Below are positions 50,265 through 62,998 of a DNA stretch of 64,000 nt, piece after piece; positions within the stretch are counted from its first letter, which is position 1; each line of letters begins with the position of its first letter. The stretch comes from Camelus ferus. Lineage: Eukaryota. The notes beneath the pieces are model-generated. The model worked only from the letters and a program-made list of their open reading frames with translations, was not told where the DNA came from and did no database searches. Where the stretch lies: assembly GCF_009834535.1 (NCBI RefSeq), contig NC_045697.1, positions 38,380,001-38,444,000 on the forward strand. Direction: 5' to 3'. Position numbers and translations under genes: made by a program.

Positions 50265-50860
50265 TTTTTAAAAATAAATTATAATATACGTACAGAAAAG
50301 TGCTGTAAAGGTGTTCAATGAGTTTTTACAAACTGAACACACCTGTGCACCCAGATTAGGAAACAACGCATGACCTCTCTTGGGCTTCCTTTAGGTCATA
50401 AGCCCTGCTCTAAAAGTAACTGTCCTGATTATTAAAAGCATAGACTCCTTTTGTCTGTTTCTGGACATTTTATAAATGAAATCTGACATTTCTGGCTTTT
50501 TTTTTCCTCATCAGTACCTTTGTGAGATTTATCCATGCTGCTGTGTGTACTTGTAGATTGTTCAGTCTTGTCACTGTATGGTATTCCATTATGTGAGCTT
50601 ACCGCAATCCATTTCCTTGTTCTATTTTTGATGGGCACTTGGTAATTTCCAGTTTGGGCTATTACCAGTGGAGTTATGGTAAACATTCTAATATCTGTAT
50701 GTTGGCGAACAGATGCGTACATTCCTTTTGAATATACACTTAAGAGTGAAATTTGTCAGGTCACCGGACATGCATGTTCGTTGCATGTCAGGTCGCTGGA
50801 CTGTGTGTTTGAGCTTGAGTAGTTACTGCAAGGCAGTTTCCCAAAGGGGTTGTAAAGAGC
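50265..50860 (-). mobile_element. Old L1ME 3' UTR fragment
   Basis: ttgtgagatttatccatgctg...gtattccatt...tttccagtttgggctatta motif series. Confidence 0.7.
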
Positions 50861-51398
50861 TAGGACACATTTGGTTGAGGAAGGGTCCAGGTGATGTGCT
50901 GATTCATTGGAGATGGGAATGAATGGGAGAGAAGCATGTCAGACCCAGAGTTTGAAAGGTAGATGACTGAGGAAAATGCATGCTCATTGACAGAAATAGT
51001 AGTCAGTCCTTTCAAAAAAATATGCATTTCTTTGCCTCTTTCACTGGAAGTATATAGAAGATAATTAAGCACTCTTTGATGACTCTGAATCCTGACTGTG
51101 AACATTAGTTACGCTCTATGCATTAACATATTGATGCCCCCAGGGTTTATTGGTATTTGCAGGGCCTATGTTTAAATGTTTCCTAATAGCTGTGCTTTTT
51201 CTTTTGTGTTTGTGTGATTGAAACATTAGTTTTCCTTTTTCATTTTGAGGCTGGCTGCAGTCGCTGTGTCCTCACAACTTCTAAGCTGCCGCTTTCATTT
51301 GAAAGTGATTAGATGGAGGTTCAGCTTCTCATTATAAAACTTCGTAGGAGTTGTGACAGACATTTTTTTCATGCTTGGTTCACAGCTCCATTTTAAAT

Positions 51399-51730
51399 CA
51401 GGGGTTGGTAAACTCAGGCCTTTGCGCCAAAGTCCACACCACTGCCTATTTTTGTAAATTAAGCTTTATTGGAGCATAGCCACACCCATTTGTTTACATG
51501 TTGTCTAAGACTGCTTTTCTGCAGTGGCAGAACTGAGTAGTTGTGACAGGGACCTTGTGGCCCACAGATCTAAAATATTTACTTACTAGCGTGCTTTTCA
51601 TGTTATGTATCCCCTGGAAGGCTTACTTGTACACTCAAATAAGAGTGAAAAAAGCAAATAGTTCCTTAGTTTTATGAAAGTAGAGAGTCTTGACTCCCAA
51701 GGATCCCCAGATGTACTTTAAGAACCACTG
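51399..51730. mobile_element. MER58A-like element followed by another hAT-Charlie end
   Basis: caggggttggtaaact...ttattggagcatagccacacccatttg...; ends ctttaagaaccactg. Confidence 0.7.
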
Positions 51731-51789
51731 ATTTAGAACATAGTGGATTCCAGCAATCTCTAAAGCTGTGTGATGAATTAGAAAACTTT

Positions 51790-52495
51790 TAGAAACTGTA
51801 ATAAAATATATATAACATGAATTTTTCCTTAACTATTTTTTTAAATGTATAACTCATTGACATTAAATTCACAATATTAAACAACCATCACCACTGTTTC
51901 CAGAACTTTTTCATCACCCCAAACAGAAACTGTATCCATTAAGCAATAACTCTCCAGTCCCCTGACTTCACCTCCCCAGCCCCTGGTAACCGCTGATCTA
52001 CTTTCTGTCTCTATAAATTAGCCTATTCCAGATTTTCATATGAGTGAATTTACACAGTATTTATCTTTTTGAGTCTGGTTTATTTCATTTAGGATAATGT
52101 CTTCAAGGTTCATCTATTTTGTAGCGTGTATCAGAACTTCATTCCTTTTCATGCCTGAATAGTATTTCTTTGTATTTATACCACATTTTGTTTATCCATT
52201 CATCGGTTGATGGACAACTGGGTTGTTTTTACCTCTTAGCTGTTGTTAATAATGCTGCCATGAACACTGGTGTACGAATACCTGTTTTAGTCTGTTTTCA
52301 AATCTTTTGGGGGTACCTAGAGTTGCTGAGTCATAAGGTAATTCTATGTTTAACTTTTTGAATACTTAGCCAAACTTTTCCACATGATTGTACAATTTTA
52401 CATTTTCACCAGCAATGTAAGAATTCCAATTTTCCAAATCCTTGTCAACACTTATTTTCCTTGTTTTAATTATAGCCATCCTAATAGATGTGGAT
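51790..52495 (-). mobile_element. L1MB-type 3' fragment
   Basis: ccagaactttttcatcaccccaaacagaaac...ccacattttgtttatccattcatcggttgatggaca. Confidence 0.8.
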
Positions 52496-52790
52496 TAGAA
52501 AGTGCCTATAATCATTAACAAATTCCCAGAGCATCCTAATGATGTTGTTAATTGGTAACACATTTCCATTTATATTTTCTCATATTGTCACCAAAACTAA
52601 TTTTAAGGGATTTCCTTGCAAGTACCTAGAAATGAATATGAAATATTCATATCATCATATTTACAGTATCTCTCTAATAGTAAAAATATATAATCCAATT
52701 TTTTTACTGTTCTAATTACTGCATCTAACACATGCTCACTGAGAAAACATAAAATACAAAAGTATAAAGAAGAAAATCAAAGTCACTTTT

Positions 52791-53281
52791 TTTACATTTA
52801 TTATTGGGTTAAAATATACATAAGGTCAAATTTATTGTTTTAACCATTTTTAAGTGTACATTTCTCTGGCAGTTAGTTCATTCAAGCTCTTGTGCAAAAA
52901 TCATTTCTACCATCAATCTCCAGAACTTCTTCATCTTCCCCAACTGACACTCTGTACTCATTAAACAATAAACTCCTATTCTGTCCGCCTCCCAGCCTCT
53001 GGCAACCACTGTTACAATTTCTGTCTCTGTGAATGTGACTATTTTACGTACCTTATGTAAGTGGAGTCATGCAGTATTTGTCTTTTTGTGACTGACTTGT
53101 TTCACTTATTATAATGTTTCCAGGTTATATCCATGTCGAGCCTGTGTCAGAATTCCCTTCCTTTTTGAGGCTGCATAGTATTCCATTCTGTGTATGTAGC
53201 ACACTTTGTTTATCCATTCACCACTTGGGTTGCTTCCACCTTTTGGTTATTGTGAAAATGCTGCTGTGAATATGAATGTAC
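52791..53281 (-). mobile_element. L1M 3' UTR insertion with TSD
   Basis: Exact 17-nt TSD AAATCAAAGTCACTTTT at 52774..52790 / 53282..53298. Confidence 0.88.
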
Positions 53282-54198
53282 AAATCAAAGTCACTTTTAA
53301 CCCTACAACTCAGAGAAAATAGCAATTAGCATTTGGTGTACTTCCTTCTTATGTTTAATTTGTAATAAACATACACACACATGCATAGACATATATATGT
53401 AATTTTAATAGAACTCATACTCGAAATTGTTTTTATCAGCTTTTTTGTTTTGTTTTGTTCTGTGAGGGTATTCCCCTTAATATTGTTGCATGCCTTTATT
53501 CTTACTGTTAGAGCATTTTCAAAAATGCCATTTTAAACCAGTGATTTAACAGTTCATCGAATATTCCATGATTCATTTAATCATTCTCCTCTTACAGGAC
53601 ATATAACCTGTTTCCATTTTTTCCTTATAAATAACATTTTACACCAATATTAGAGAACCTGTCTGATAATTTCTTCTTAAGTATGTCTTCCTAGATATAG
53701 AAAAAAATTACTTTCTTACTGTTTCCATTTTGTGATTTTTCATATTTTAATATGTGTGTGTTTTAATTGGAAGGGTGATTGGATAGCACATAAGTTCAAA
53801 ATGTTTGAAAAAATATTTGTCCATCCCTAACATCCTATTTTAAGACTCAGACAACATAATTTACAGTACTTGTTTATAATTTTCCTAAACCTAGACATTG
53901 TATTATCCCTTCTTTTGAGTGAGATAACATACTGTGCTATCTCATTCCTTTCACTGCATATCACTCTTTTAGTACTTACATACTTTGATGTGGTTGGTAG
54001 TTTTGAAGGGAATATCTTTTTGAAATAGAGAACAGTACTTCTTAACTATTAAATATAACTTGATTATGGGCAAAGGTTTTATTAGAGACTATAATTTCAG
54101 TTAAGACATTACTGAATTTCACTTTTTCATGAATGTACTGAGTCATTATGTTTATCATTTTTTTCATAACCCAACTTTCCTCTCTTCCCCCTTTTCAG

Positions 54199-55950
54199 AA
54201 TGATGCCTTTCAGTGAGTTGGCCAAATGGATTTTTTAAAGGGCAAACAGTAATGAAATATTTGAAGTACTTGTTCCTGAAAATCATGGACATTGACACAA
54301 ATTCTACCTCTGTCAACTTTTATTTAAATCAATGAATATTTATGTAAAAAAATTGATTTAAAAGAACTATATCTATGTGTATATTTTCTTATATATGACA
54401 GAACAAAATATGTATTAATAGTGCTAACTGATGTTATATCTGTATTTTTATTACTCCTGACTTAAATTACTCCTCAAAGTGTGTTTTTACTGTGAATTAA
54501 TATAATGTATTGTTCACATTATGCTTTAATAATCTTTTTCTTAATGAGCCATGATATATGTATGTAAATATTCTTACAGTACTTGTTTTTAAAGTGTATT
54601 TAGTTTCCATGCCTGTGTTTATAACGCGTATCTTTAACGCATTCACAAAGGTTGATCAACTTTAATGCTATGCTGTCATGTTTAGCTTTTTTCTTCTAAA
54701 TGTAAAACTAATTATTCACCAATTTATTGTTTATCATTGAAGGGAATACATTCAGGTCTATTCTTATAATAGCAGAGGTCTTGATAAAATGATGGTTACC
54801 ATACATAATTTGTTATTGTCGACTAGAAGAACTGTGAGGGGAAAGATTCATTTGTATTTTATATACCGTATTATATTTTATAATCACATGGACTCTTCAC
54901 ATAATATCAGTTCTATCAAAATCAAACAAAAAGCTGTATTTAGAATTTTGTAAAACAATAGAACAGAAATTTGGGACATTCTTCAGTAAATAAAATTCCT
55001 CACTTACTAATCTAAATTTGGGGTACAAAGGTATATGGGGTAAATACATTTTGTTAAAATTCCAATATGCATTCAATAATACCCAATAATACTTCTAAAC
55101 CTGTACGTTATAATTTATCAGTCTTCCAGAATAGTATGGAAACACTGAACTGTGACAAATTAACTAGAAAACAGGTTTTTACAATTAATTTTCAAAGTTA
55201 TAACTTTAAAGAATTTAGGTATATACAAATACTAATAAAAAACCAGAAGTATAAAATAGATTGTCATATAAAAACTAATCGTGTTTAAACCATACACATT
55301 TGAAGAAAATCCTGTTCTTAATGGATTTCATTATGATTAAAAAAAAAAAGAACTTAAAAACTAACATAGGAAAGTGGAAGACCAGTTATTTACGATACAC
55401 TTTATTTCCTCCTGTGGCTCACTAAAGTGGAGTTTGTGTGCACATGTATGTACATAGGGGTGGCCAGTGTCCATTTTCTAAAACTAACTTTTTTTATGTT
55501 TGGATTATGCCCTTTTCAGTACCTTAGTGTACATTTGAATGTGATGTGGCATACTTTTGCACCATCTTTGTAATTTTATGTATTCCATCTCCTGTGTGTG
55601 AATTCATATATTATAGCAAAATACAAGAGAAATGGGGCTGTTGACAATGTTATATGGAAAATCCTTTAATAAATATATGTAAATAAAATAAATATTTGTC
55701 CCCACCTTTTCCCCCAAAGCAACAGCAAGACATATTTTGTTAGATATTTTTAATGTTTTCTATAATTTAAAAATGTATAGCTTCCTTGATTGTTATTTTC
55801 ACAACCATGATACTATATTTTTAATTAGTTTTATCTTAAAGTACTGAATATTCTGACCTCTTATAGATGTTTTTAATTTGTTTTAAATAATTTTAAATTA
55901 TGGAGCCTGACAGATTTTCCAATAAACTTTCCAGTTAATTTATTTTCTCT
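54199..55950 (+). other. CEP135: CEP135 terminal non-coding exon (3' UTR); 3' end approximate
   Basis: Strong acceptor ctttcctctcttccccctttttcag-like pyrimidine tract ending at 54198, followed by TE-poor AU-rich sequence. AATAAA at 54989, 55668, 55682, 55687 and 55921. Confidence 0.7.
55668..55692 (+). terminator. Cluster of polyadenylation signals for CEP135
   Basis: Three AATAAA hexamers (55668, 55682, 55687) with T-rich sequence downstream; another at 55921. Confidence 0.55.
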
Positions 55951-56699
55951 TTCTTACAAATAATTTTTTAATAATTTTAGCAATATTCATAATTCTAAAA
56001 TTAAGTACAGTTTACTGAAATCAAATTTTAGCATGGATAAATCTCTGAACTCAGGTGATATATGGAGAAATCTGTAAACTCAGATGTCTGGCACTTTTTT
56101 TTTTTTTTTCTGACTTTCAGTTATTTCCAGTTAGTTCCAAATACAAGAAATGAAGTCAAAGTTTATGTTTGAAATCCATTTACAAAACGGCTAAACAGAC
56201 TTTGTGTGTGTGTGTGTTTTTCTCTGTTATAAATACTGTTTATTGAGATCATTAATTATCATTGAATATGCCACCTGCTACCTCACCTTGTTACAATTTA
56301 TCACACATCTGAGCTCATACCCCTCCCTACAGTTCTTAGAAAATATAAGTACCTGACTTACTGACTTACTGCCATTACTTCTATCATCAGTCTTTTTATG
56401 TCAGTATCTTCATGGAGCAGGCTTGCATATTGGAGTTCCCTGAAAATTTTTAATAAGGAACTGATTTCTGAAACCTTCATCAGTCCAAGTAAATAAGAAT
56501 CTCTAGGAGTGAGGTGTTGGGCATTTTAAGAAAATTTCAGATTCTCTAGATGACTCTAATGTGCAGCCAGGATTTAAAATGCTAATTGAGAGACTGACCC
56601 ACCAAATTGATTTCATGACCTGCTAATGGGACTCAACCTATATTTGAGAACACCACTCTAGGTCTTGTCATTACCTCCAAAACTCAACTTCCAGCATCC

Positions 56700-57600
56700 T
56701 ACTCACTCCTTATTCTAGGTCACTCTATTTATTATGCCGCCAATTCTTTGACTCGACGATCTCTAGACAATTGATTCTATCACCTACCCTTCGTCTAAAA
56801 ATCCATCACTCTCAGTTTCCTCTTTATCAAGCATAGACATCATTTCCTTGCATATACCCTAAATTCTCCCTTTCCTTGAACTGAAAACTCAAATCTTACT
56901 TGTATCCAATTACTGTAACTACTCTGCACCTGTACCTAAGAAGCTGAACATGGCAGGAAAAGAAATCAAAGATGCTGACTCTTTTCACTTGAAATGTGTG
57001 GCCCTGCAAATCAGGGGCCCACAACACCCTGTGAGAATGCTTACACATTTTCCTGGTTAATTCACACGTAATCTCTACCCTGTAAGTATTTCACACCTTC
57101 TCTGTACTCAGACCTTCTATCCTCCCTCCTCACTCTCAGCCTGCTCCTTTTTTCACTGAGAAAATGGAAAGAATGAGAAAAGTTTCTCAGTCACCAAATC
57201 TCTTAACACATCTGTGTCCATAGAACTTCCTTCCCTCCTCGTATAGCATGATGGGTCTCTCCTCCAGCTATTCCATCTAGTTGTGATCAGTATTCATTCC
57301 TTCTACCATTCAAAAGACTCCTGCAGTTAACCTCACATTCCAGTCATTTTTGCTCTGTAGGCTTGTTCCCACTTGCATACGTACCTCCCATTTCCACTTG
57401 CCCATTTTAAAACCCTCCTAAACCCTACCATCCCGTTTTTTGTACCCTTCATACCAAAAATTCCTTGAAAAGGGGTTAAATATACTCAGTTCATCCCACC
57501 TTTCCATCTTGAACTATTCTAATCATGCTTTATTCCAATTACTCCAGTCAAACCATTCTTTTCAAGGCCCCAACAACCCCCATGTGTTCTGTATTTCAAT
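56700..57600 (-). mobile_element. L2 ORF2 remnant
   Basis: ctctgcacctgtacctaagaagctgaacatggcagga...ttcactgagaaaatggaaa motif series. Confidence 0.6.
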
Positions 57601-57641
57601 TATTACCTTTTTCTCACTTAGTATTTCCACTTGGTGCTTTT

Positions 57642-57756
57642 GTTGTTGTTGTTGTTGAAGTATGTCAGTTTACAATGTGTCAATTTCTGGTGTACAGCAC
57701 AGTGCTTCAGTCATACATGAATATACATATATTCTTTTTCATATTCTTTTTCACCA
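57642..57756 (-). mobile_element. Short L1 3'-end insertion with (TTG)n tail
   Basis: TSD CACTT(G/A)GTGCTTTT at 57628..57641 / 57757..57770. Confidence 0.8.
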
Positions 57757-58114
57757 CACTTAGTGCTTTTTTGTTACTTTCTATTGTTATTTAATACCAC
57801 TCTTATTTTTAGGAAGGGCTGGGTGTAGATACAGCTTTAAAATCGTGCATTGGGGCAGCTGGATCTATAAAAGTACTGATTAATGAACTTTATTTGAAAC
57901 AAGACCTATCTATATATATGTATATAATTCAAAACATAGAAGGGGGAAATCACTACAAATACATCAGGTATCAAAATTTTTTAAATGAAGATGATTATAT
58001 GCTAATATATAAAATGGATAAATTCCATGAAAATTTAAAATGCTGAAATTTGGTACAAGAAATAATGCAGAACTCCACTAGAACATGTGTTAAAGAAATT
58101 GAAAGACAGTCAAA

Positions 58115-61100
58115 TGGAAAGGTCTGGAATTTTATTTTACCTGAATTGCAAGCTAATGAGTTAACCTATTACTGTTTCCTAAATGCTGGCATAAAATAAG
58201 AGACTATTGGATCAGAGATAAAGGTCTTTATTCTTCACGGCACAGCAAGCAGCATAGCATCATGTTTGCACTGGTTCTCTGTACCTCTCCAAACCCCACG
58301 GGGCAATGTGGAGGGACCCAGGGGACCACTAAGCACGCAGAGGTTCGTGTCATAGCCTAAGAACACTGAGCTTAGTTACTCCATCTCTTTTATAGCAAGC
58401 AATTAGTAAGCCTGCCCTTTGTCCCAGAAGGATACATTGCTTCATCCCGCAAGGTTGCTCACTGCAAACACAGTGCTGAGACAGGGCCTGAGTAAAGATC
58501 AGTCAGGGCCTTGTCTTTCCTGGCACACCCACAAGAATATAGAGGGATTCCTCAGGGTCCATGGCAAATTGCCTCTCCCAGGGATGATCTACCCCTTAAT
58601 CCTACACATTCTTGGCCAAACTTGAGTATGCCACTCCACTGACCACCTGCTCAACAGAGGCTGGGACCAAACCTGTTCAATGTGTCTCATACAGCATAAA
58701 TGAAGGTTACTATCAATAAGATTACAAAAGTAGAAGAAGGAGGCTAACCAGTAGTGCTGACCTCAATCAAGCCTCCCAGGATCCCAGACACAGCCAACTG
58801 TAACTATCACGGGGAGCAGTGGGTGTTATCTTAGACATCTAGGATGTAGTCTAAAGTCAATCTGTTATTCATTATGACTCATGCAATTTAGACTGACCTG
58901 CTAATCTCTGGTGTCATTGCCAGCAGGGCAATAGATGAGCAAAAAAGCCACTCTCGTCCACAGTGAAGAGTCCGTGACCATCTCTCTTCCACATACAAAC
59001 AGCATGAAGGTCACAAGTCACTCTAGTGTGGAGTATGTTGTTAAACTTGATTTGGATCATCATTACATTGGTTTGGTTGAGAAACCAGGGTTATGTCCCT
59101 GGGTAGCTGCAGCCTTGAGAGTTGTACATGGCAAAACCCAAGGCTGCTCAGCTGTCAGGAGAAGCACTGGGAATTCGTATCAGTAAGATTTTAAAAAGTT
59201 TGTGCTGGTCTGTGTGTTTGTACATGTACGAGGCAGAGTCCACGTCCAGGAACGACCATTGAAGGTATTAAGCATAGAAAAATAAATGGTTCAAGAGTGG
59301 ATGAGCTCTGTTTGCGTAGCACGTGGACAGGAATGACAGACACAGCAGCAGGTCAGACTGCCAGCCACTGCAGTTTCTTGATTCAGGCAGACCGTATGAT
59401 TTTTCGCCAGGCTGCAGTGTAGGCTCTTTGTAGGGGACAAAGAGAGCATTCATTGCTATTGGTTTGGGCCCCGCTCAAAATATGCTGATTTGTGGGTTAG
59501 CTGATATAAAGGACCAAACTAGAATGCCCAAGTGAGGCACATACTGTCTCCAGTTCCCCAAAAGTCCAACAAGAAGCCAAACCTCCTTTTTGGTCGGGGA
59601 GAGGAGGGAAGGGGAGCAGAGCTACAGCTCTTTTTTCTGGGGTGCCCGAGGAACAGAGGGCTGTGAATCTGCCCATTTAATCCCAAGAAGCTTCACTTGG
59701 AAAGCAAGCCTCTGAATTTTGTTGAGGTTTATCAGCCACCCTGCTTGGATAGGCATCTGACTAGCCAACCAGTTGGATATCATTTATAGGGTGAAAACTT
59801 TGAAATCAGAGGGTAAGGAAAGACACACATGCCAAATTCTGGTTTACCCACTAGTGACAAATGGCAGTGGAGTTTGTCTCACTAACATGTCTACTTTCTG
59901 CTCTTGCCTGATTGGGGTAATCCTCTGTGACACTTACAGGATGGAAGCATAACACCTCAATTCCTAACACTCACTCAGATGTACAAGCAACAACAGCACA
60001 CTGAGTTAGTCCCTAAGTTCGCACCCGTAAAGTCAAATCAGCTTCTCTTCCCCATTCAGGACCCTGCCCAAATCCCATCAGTTAAATTCGAGCATCATTG
60101 GACGAGGTAGGATGGCGACTTGGATGGCTATATCCAAGGGAGCCATAGAAATTTAAGTCCTCCCCTCCCTGAAGTTCCTAAGTATATTTGTGCAGAGTGT
60201 GTATGGCCTTCAACCTTGACACAGTCATTTGGTTCCTTAAAGTAGCAGGACTTTCCTGAGGTCAGGAAAGAGAAGGAGGCAGAGCTCAGAAGGCACAGAG
60301 GGAGAGAGCAGCTCCTACGTGTGGGTGAAGAATGTCACCTGCCACATCAGTAACAAAGGATGTTGCAGCCATCAAGCCATCAGCCACTGCAGCCGTTCCG
60401 GACTGTGAGCCCTGAGGGGATTCAGGATGAAACCAGGACACTGGCCCTGGAAAGCGGAAGTTCATATCAAAGGAATGGTTTCAATGGCCCAGATTCTTGC
60501 ATCTTCCCATACATAGAAAAGCACCAAATTCATTAACTCGAGGTATCTGTTTTTCTTTAATTAATAGTAATCTTTTGATGTTTTCACTACCTGGTTTTTG
60601 TTGCAGAAACTTGTATATATCCTGGCGCCTCCCTTGCCTCTTTGGGACAGTCCCTCAGAGCTATCTGAGAGGCTGTCTTTGGCAGTTAAGTCTTCAGTTT
60701 TGTCCACCAAATAAAACAAAATTCTCAACTCCTAGGGGTTGTACTTTTCTTTCTCCTTTTTTTTCAGTTGACATCCCCAATAAGCAAAGCTTTGCACTGA
60801 CTTCTGGTTTCAAGTGCCTGAACCAAAGTCCTGTGTCTTTACTGCTGACACCATTTGTTTCAACAGCCACAGTGTGTGGCCTTTTGACTGGGGCGGAGGG
60901 GCTTGCTGTTGCATCGTCATGAGGACATCTCATTCCTGTCCCACCTGAGGAGGAGAATACTGTTCAGACAGCTTGTTTCAACCCCACCTCTCATTGCTCA
61001 GCCTCTAAGTATTTTCATTAACAGGTAGGACCGACTGGGACTGCTATGTCCTCCCCGCCACCCAATGCTTGGGTGAGAGAGCATGCTCGCTACTACCAGT

Positions 61101-61678
61101 TCCTGCACCAGCTCCTCCTGTCCCCTAACTTCATCCCTTCTTCTCCAAGAGCCACATCTGTCATCACCTATCCTTGTCGCCCAGATTGAAGAACTGTGAG
61201 TGTTCTGAGACTTTGCCCTGCTGGTCGCCTGGCATGGAGCCTGCCACAGCTTCATGAGCGCCAGCAGAAGACAGGAGGCTTCTGGGTCAGGGACGAGGCT
61301 CGTTGTCACTGCACAGCAGGCGGTGTGAGTTTTACACCAGTTCATCGTGTTCCCAGATCCCACAGGGAGCATGCAAGAAGGCCTAGCTAGATACTGCAAC
61401 TGCAGTGGGTTTATATCACAGCTGAGGAGCCAGAATTTAGGAAACCTCAGTCTCCTGTAAGGGGCTTCAAGCAAACCTGCCAACCTTTGCCCTGGAAGAA
61501 GGTCTCTTTCTTGTATTGGACAGAAAACAAAAGCTGCCCCCTGCTCTAGGGTGACACTATCTCTACCCTTCCAAGGCTATACAAAAATCCTTGAAAAGGT
61601 AGTACAGAATGAAGACTGTCCATGCCTATGCTAAAATGACACAGAAATGAGAGCTCTATGGAGAGTCGTCCACCAACA
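58115..61678 (-). mobile_element. Degraded class III (ERV-L/ERV-S-like) provirus: 5' LTR ~61187..61678, PBS, pol and env remnants, PPT, 3' LTR ~58115..58580
   Basis: Two diverged direct LTR copies. Minus-strand QAGWLINLNKIQRLAFQVKLLGIKWADS (59664..59747) and SPTKKEVWLLVGLLGNWRQYVPHLGIL (59520..59600) resemble ERV-L RT. VIMNNRLTLDYIL (58840..58878) resembles the env ISD. Purine tract at 58589..58603. Confidence 0.8.
60257..60773 (+). mobile_element. Younger solo LTR (ERV1-like) nested in the opposite orientation in the provirus
   Basis: TG...CA ends (tgaggtc...cagttgaca), TATA-like tatatat at 60614, AATAAA at 60710, near-TSD ttcc/tccc. 5' boundary uncertain (alternative ~60320). Confidence 0.72.
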
Positions 61679-62315
61679 CTTGTAATGTTCATTGTTTTCT
61701 CTTGTGGTAAAATACACATAAAATTTACTATTTTAACAATTTTTAAGCGTACAATTCAGTGGCATTAAATACATTCCCAATGTTGTAGAACTGTCACCAC
61801 TATCCATTTCCAGAATTGTAATATTATTGTTAATACACCGCTGGTTTTGATTTTCTAGCATTTAATTTGGATTTTTCCTCTATACTCATAGGTGGGACTG
61901 GCCCTTAGTTATCTTTTGTAGGGAAACAGCATTGTCTAGCTTTGTTGTCATGGTCATCCTAGCTTCCTAGAATGGGTTGTGAAATCTCTTTTCCCATGCC
62001 CTGGAACTCTTGGCATTACATAGAAATTGTCTCCTTAACAGTTTGTTAGAGATGACTTATGAAATCACCTGGGTAGGTGTATTTTTTAGAAGAAAATATT
62101 TGACCACCTTCTCAGTTTCTTCTAAAAATATTGATCTATTCCAATTTTCTCTCCTTTCTTAAGTTAGTTTTGGAAACTCAGTTTTTCTGGAATCCATATC
62201 TTAATTATTTCTCTTTTCTTGTGAAATATTTATTTTGTGTGTCTCCTCACTGAATGACCTTTTCCTAGGAATCAACTTTTAATTTTGCTGATCAAATCTA
62301 CTGTTTGATTTGTTT

Positions 62316-62445
62316 ATTTTTTTGGCAGGGGGTGGTAAATTTGGTTTGTTGGTTTGTTTGTTTGTTTTAATGGAGGTACTGGGGATTGAATAGGAGCTTG
62401 TGCATGCTAAGCATGTGCTCTACCACTGAGCTATACTCTCCCCCC
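62316..62445 (-). mobile_element. Vic-1-type SINE (long form)
   Basis: tRNA-like body; TSD GATTTGTTT at 62307..62315 / 62446..62454. Confidence 0.88.
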
Positions 62446-62998
62446 GATTTGTTTTCTGTTTCATTAACTTCTGCTTTCATTCCTTCCTTCTGCTTTCTTT
62501 GCTTTTATTTGCTTTCATTCTTGAGTTATATATTCAGTTTACTTTTAATCTTTCTTAAATTTCCTCTAAGAACTTTAGGCTATTTTGTCATTATTTTTTG
62601 TCATTACTTTCTAGATTCCAATTTCAGTTCTGGATTATTTAAACTGGGGTCACTATATAATTTATCATCCAAATTGGGATACTTTTGTGAGTGAAATATA
62701 CACTATTGTCTGGATAATAGGTGTGAGCTGGGACTGTTTTGGATGAATCACTAAGTAAGATCACCCTATTTTTAACATGAGTTACTTTAAAGGAAGTTTT
62801 AAATTTTTCACATAGGATTTTGTTACAAATTCCTAATTTATTGAATTTTAATCAAAGAATGTGGTGTGCATGGATTTTGTTGTTTGGAATTTATTGAGGT
62901 TTTTTGGGGGGTGCACTAAAACTTGGTAAATTTTTGTGACTGTTCCAAATGGTTTTGTACAGAATGCATATTTTCTGTTTGTTGGATACACATTTCTT

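Noticed and set aside
58690..58900. Possible syncytin-like captured env gene
   Set aside because: The ISD motif is present but is surrounded by stops and frameshifts, and most of env is missing.
60497..61483. ORFs of 141 aa (+) and 161 aa (-)
   Set aside because: They run across LTR and leader sequence of the ERV with no recognisable gag, pol or env motif; chance ORFs.
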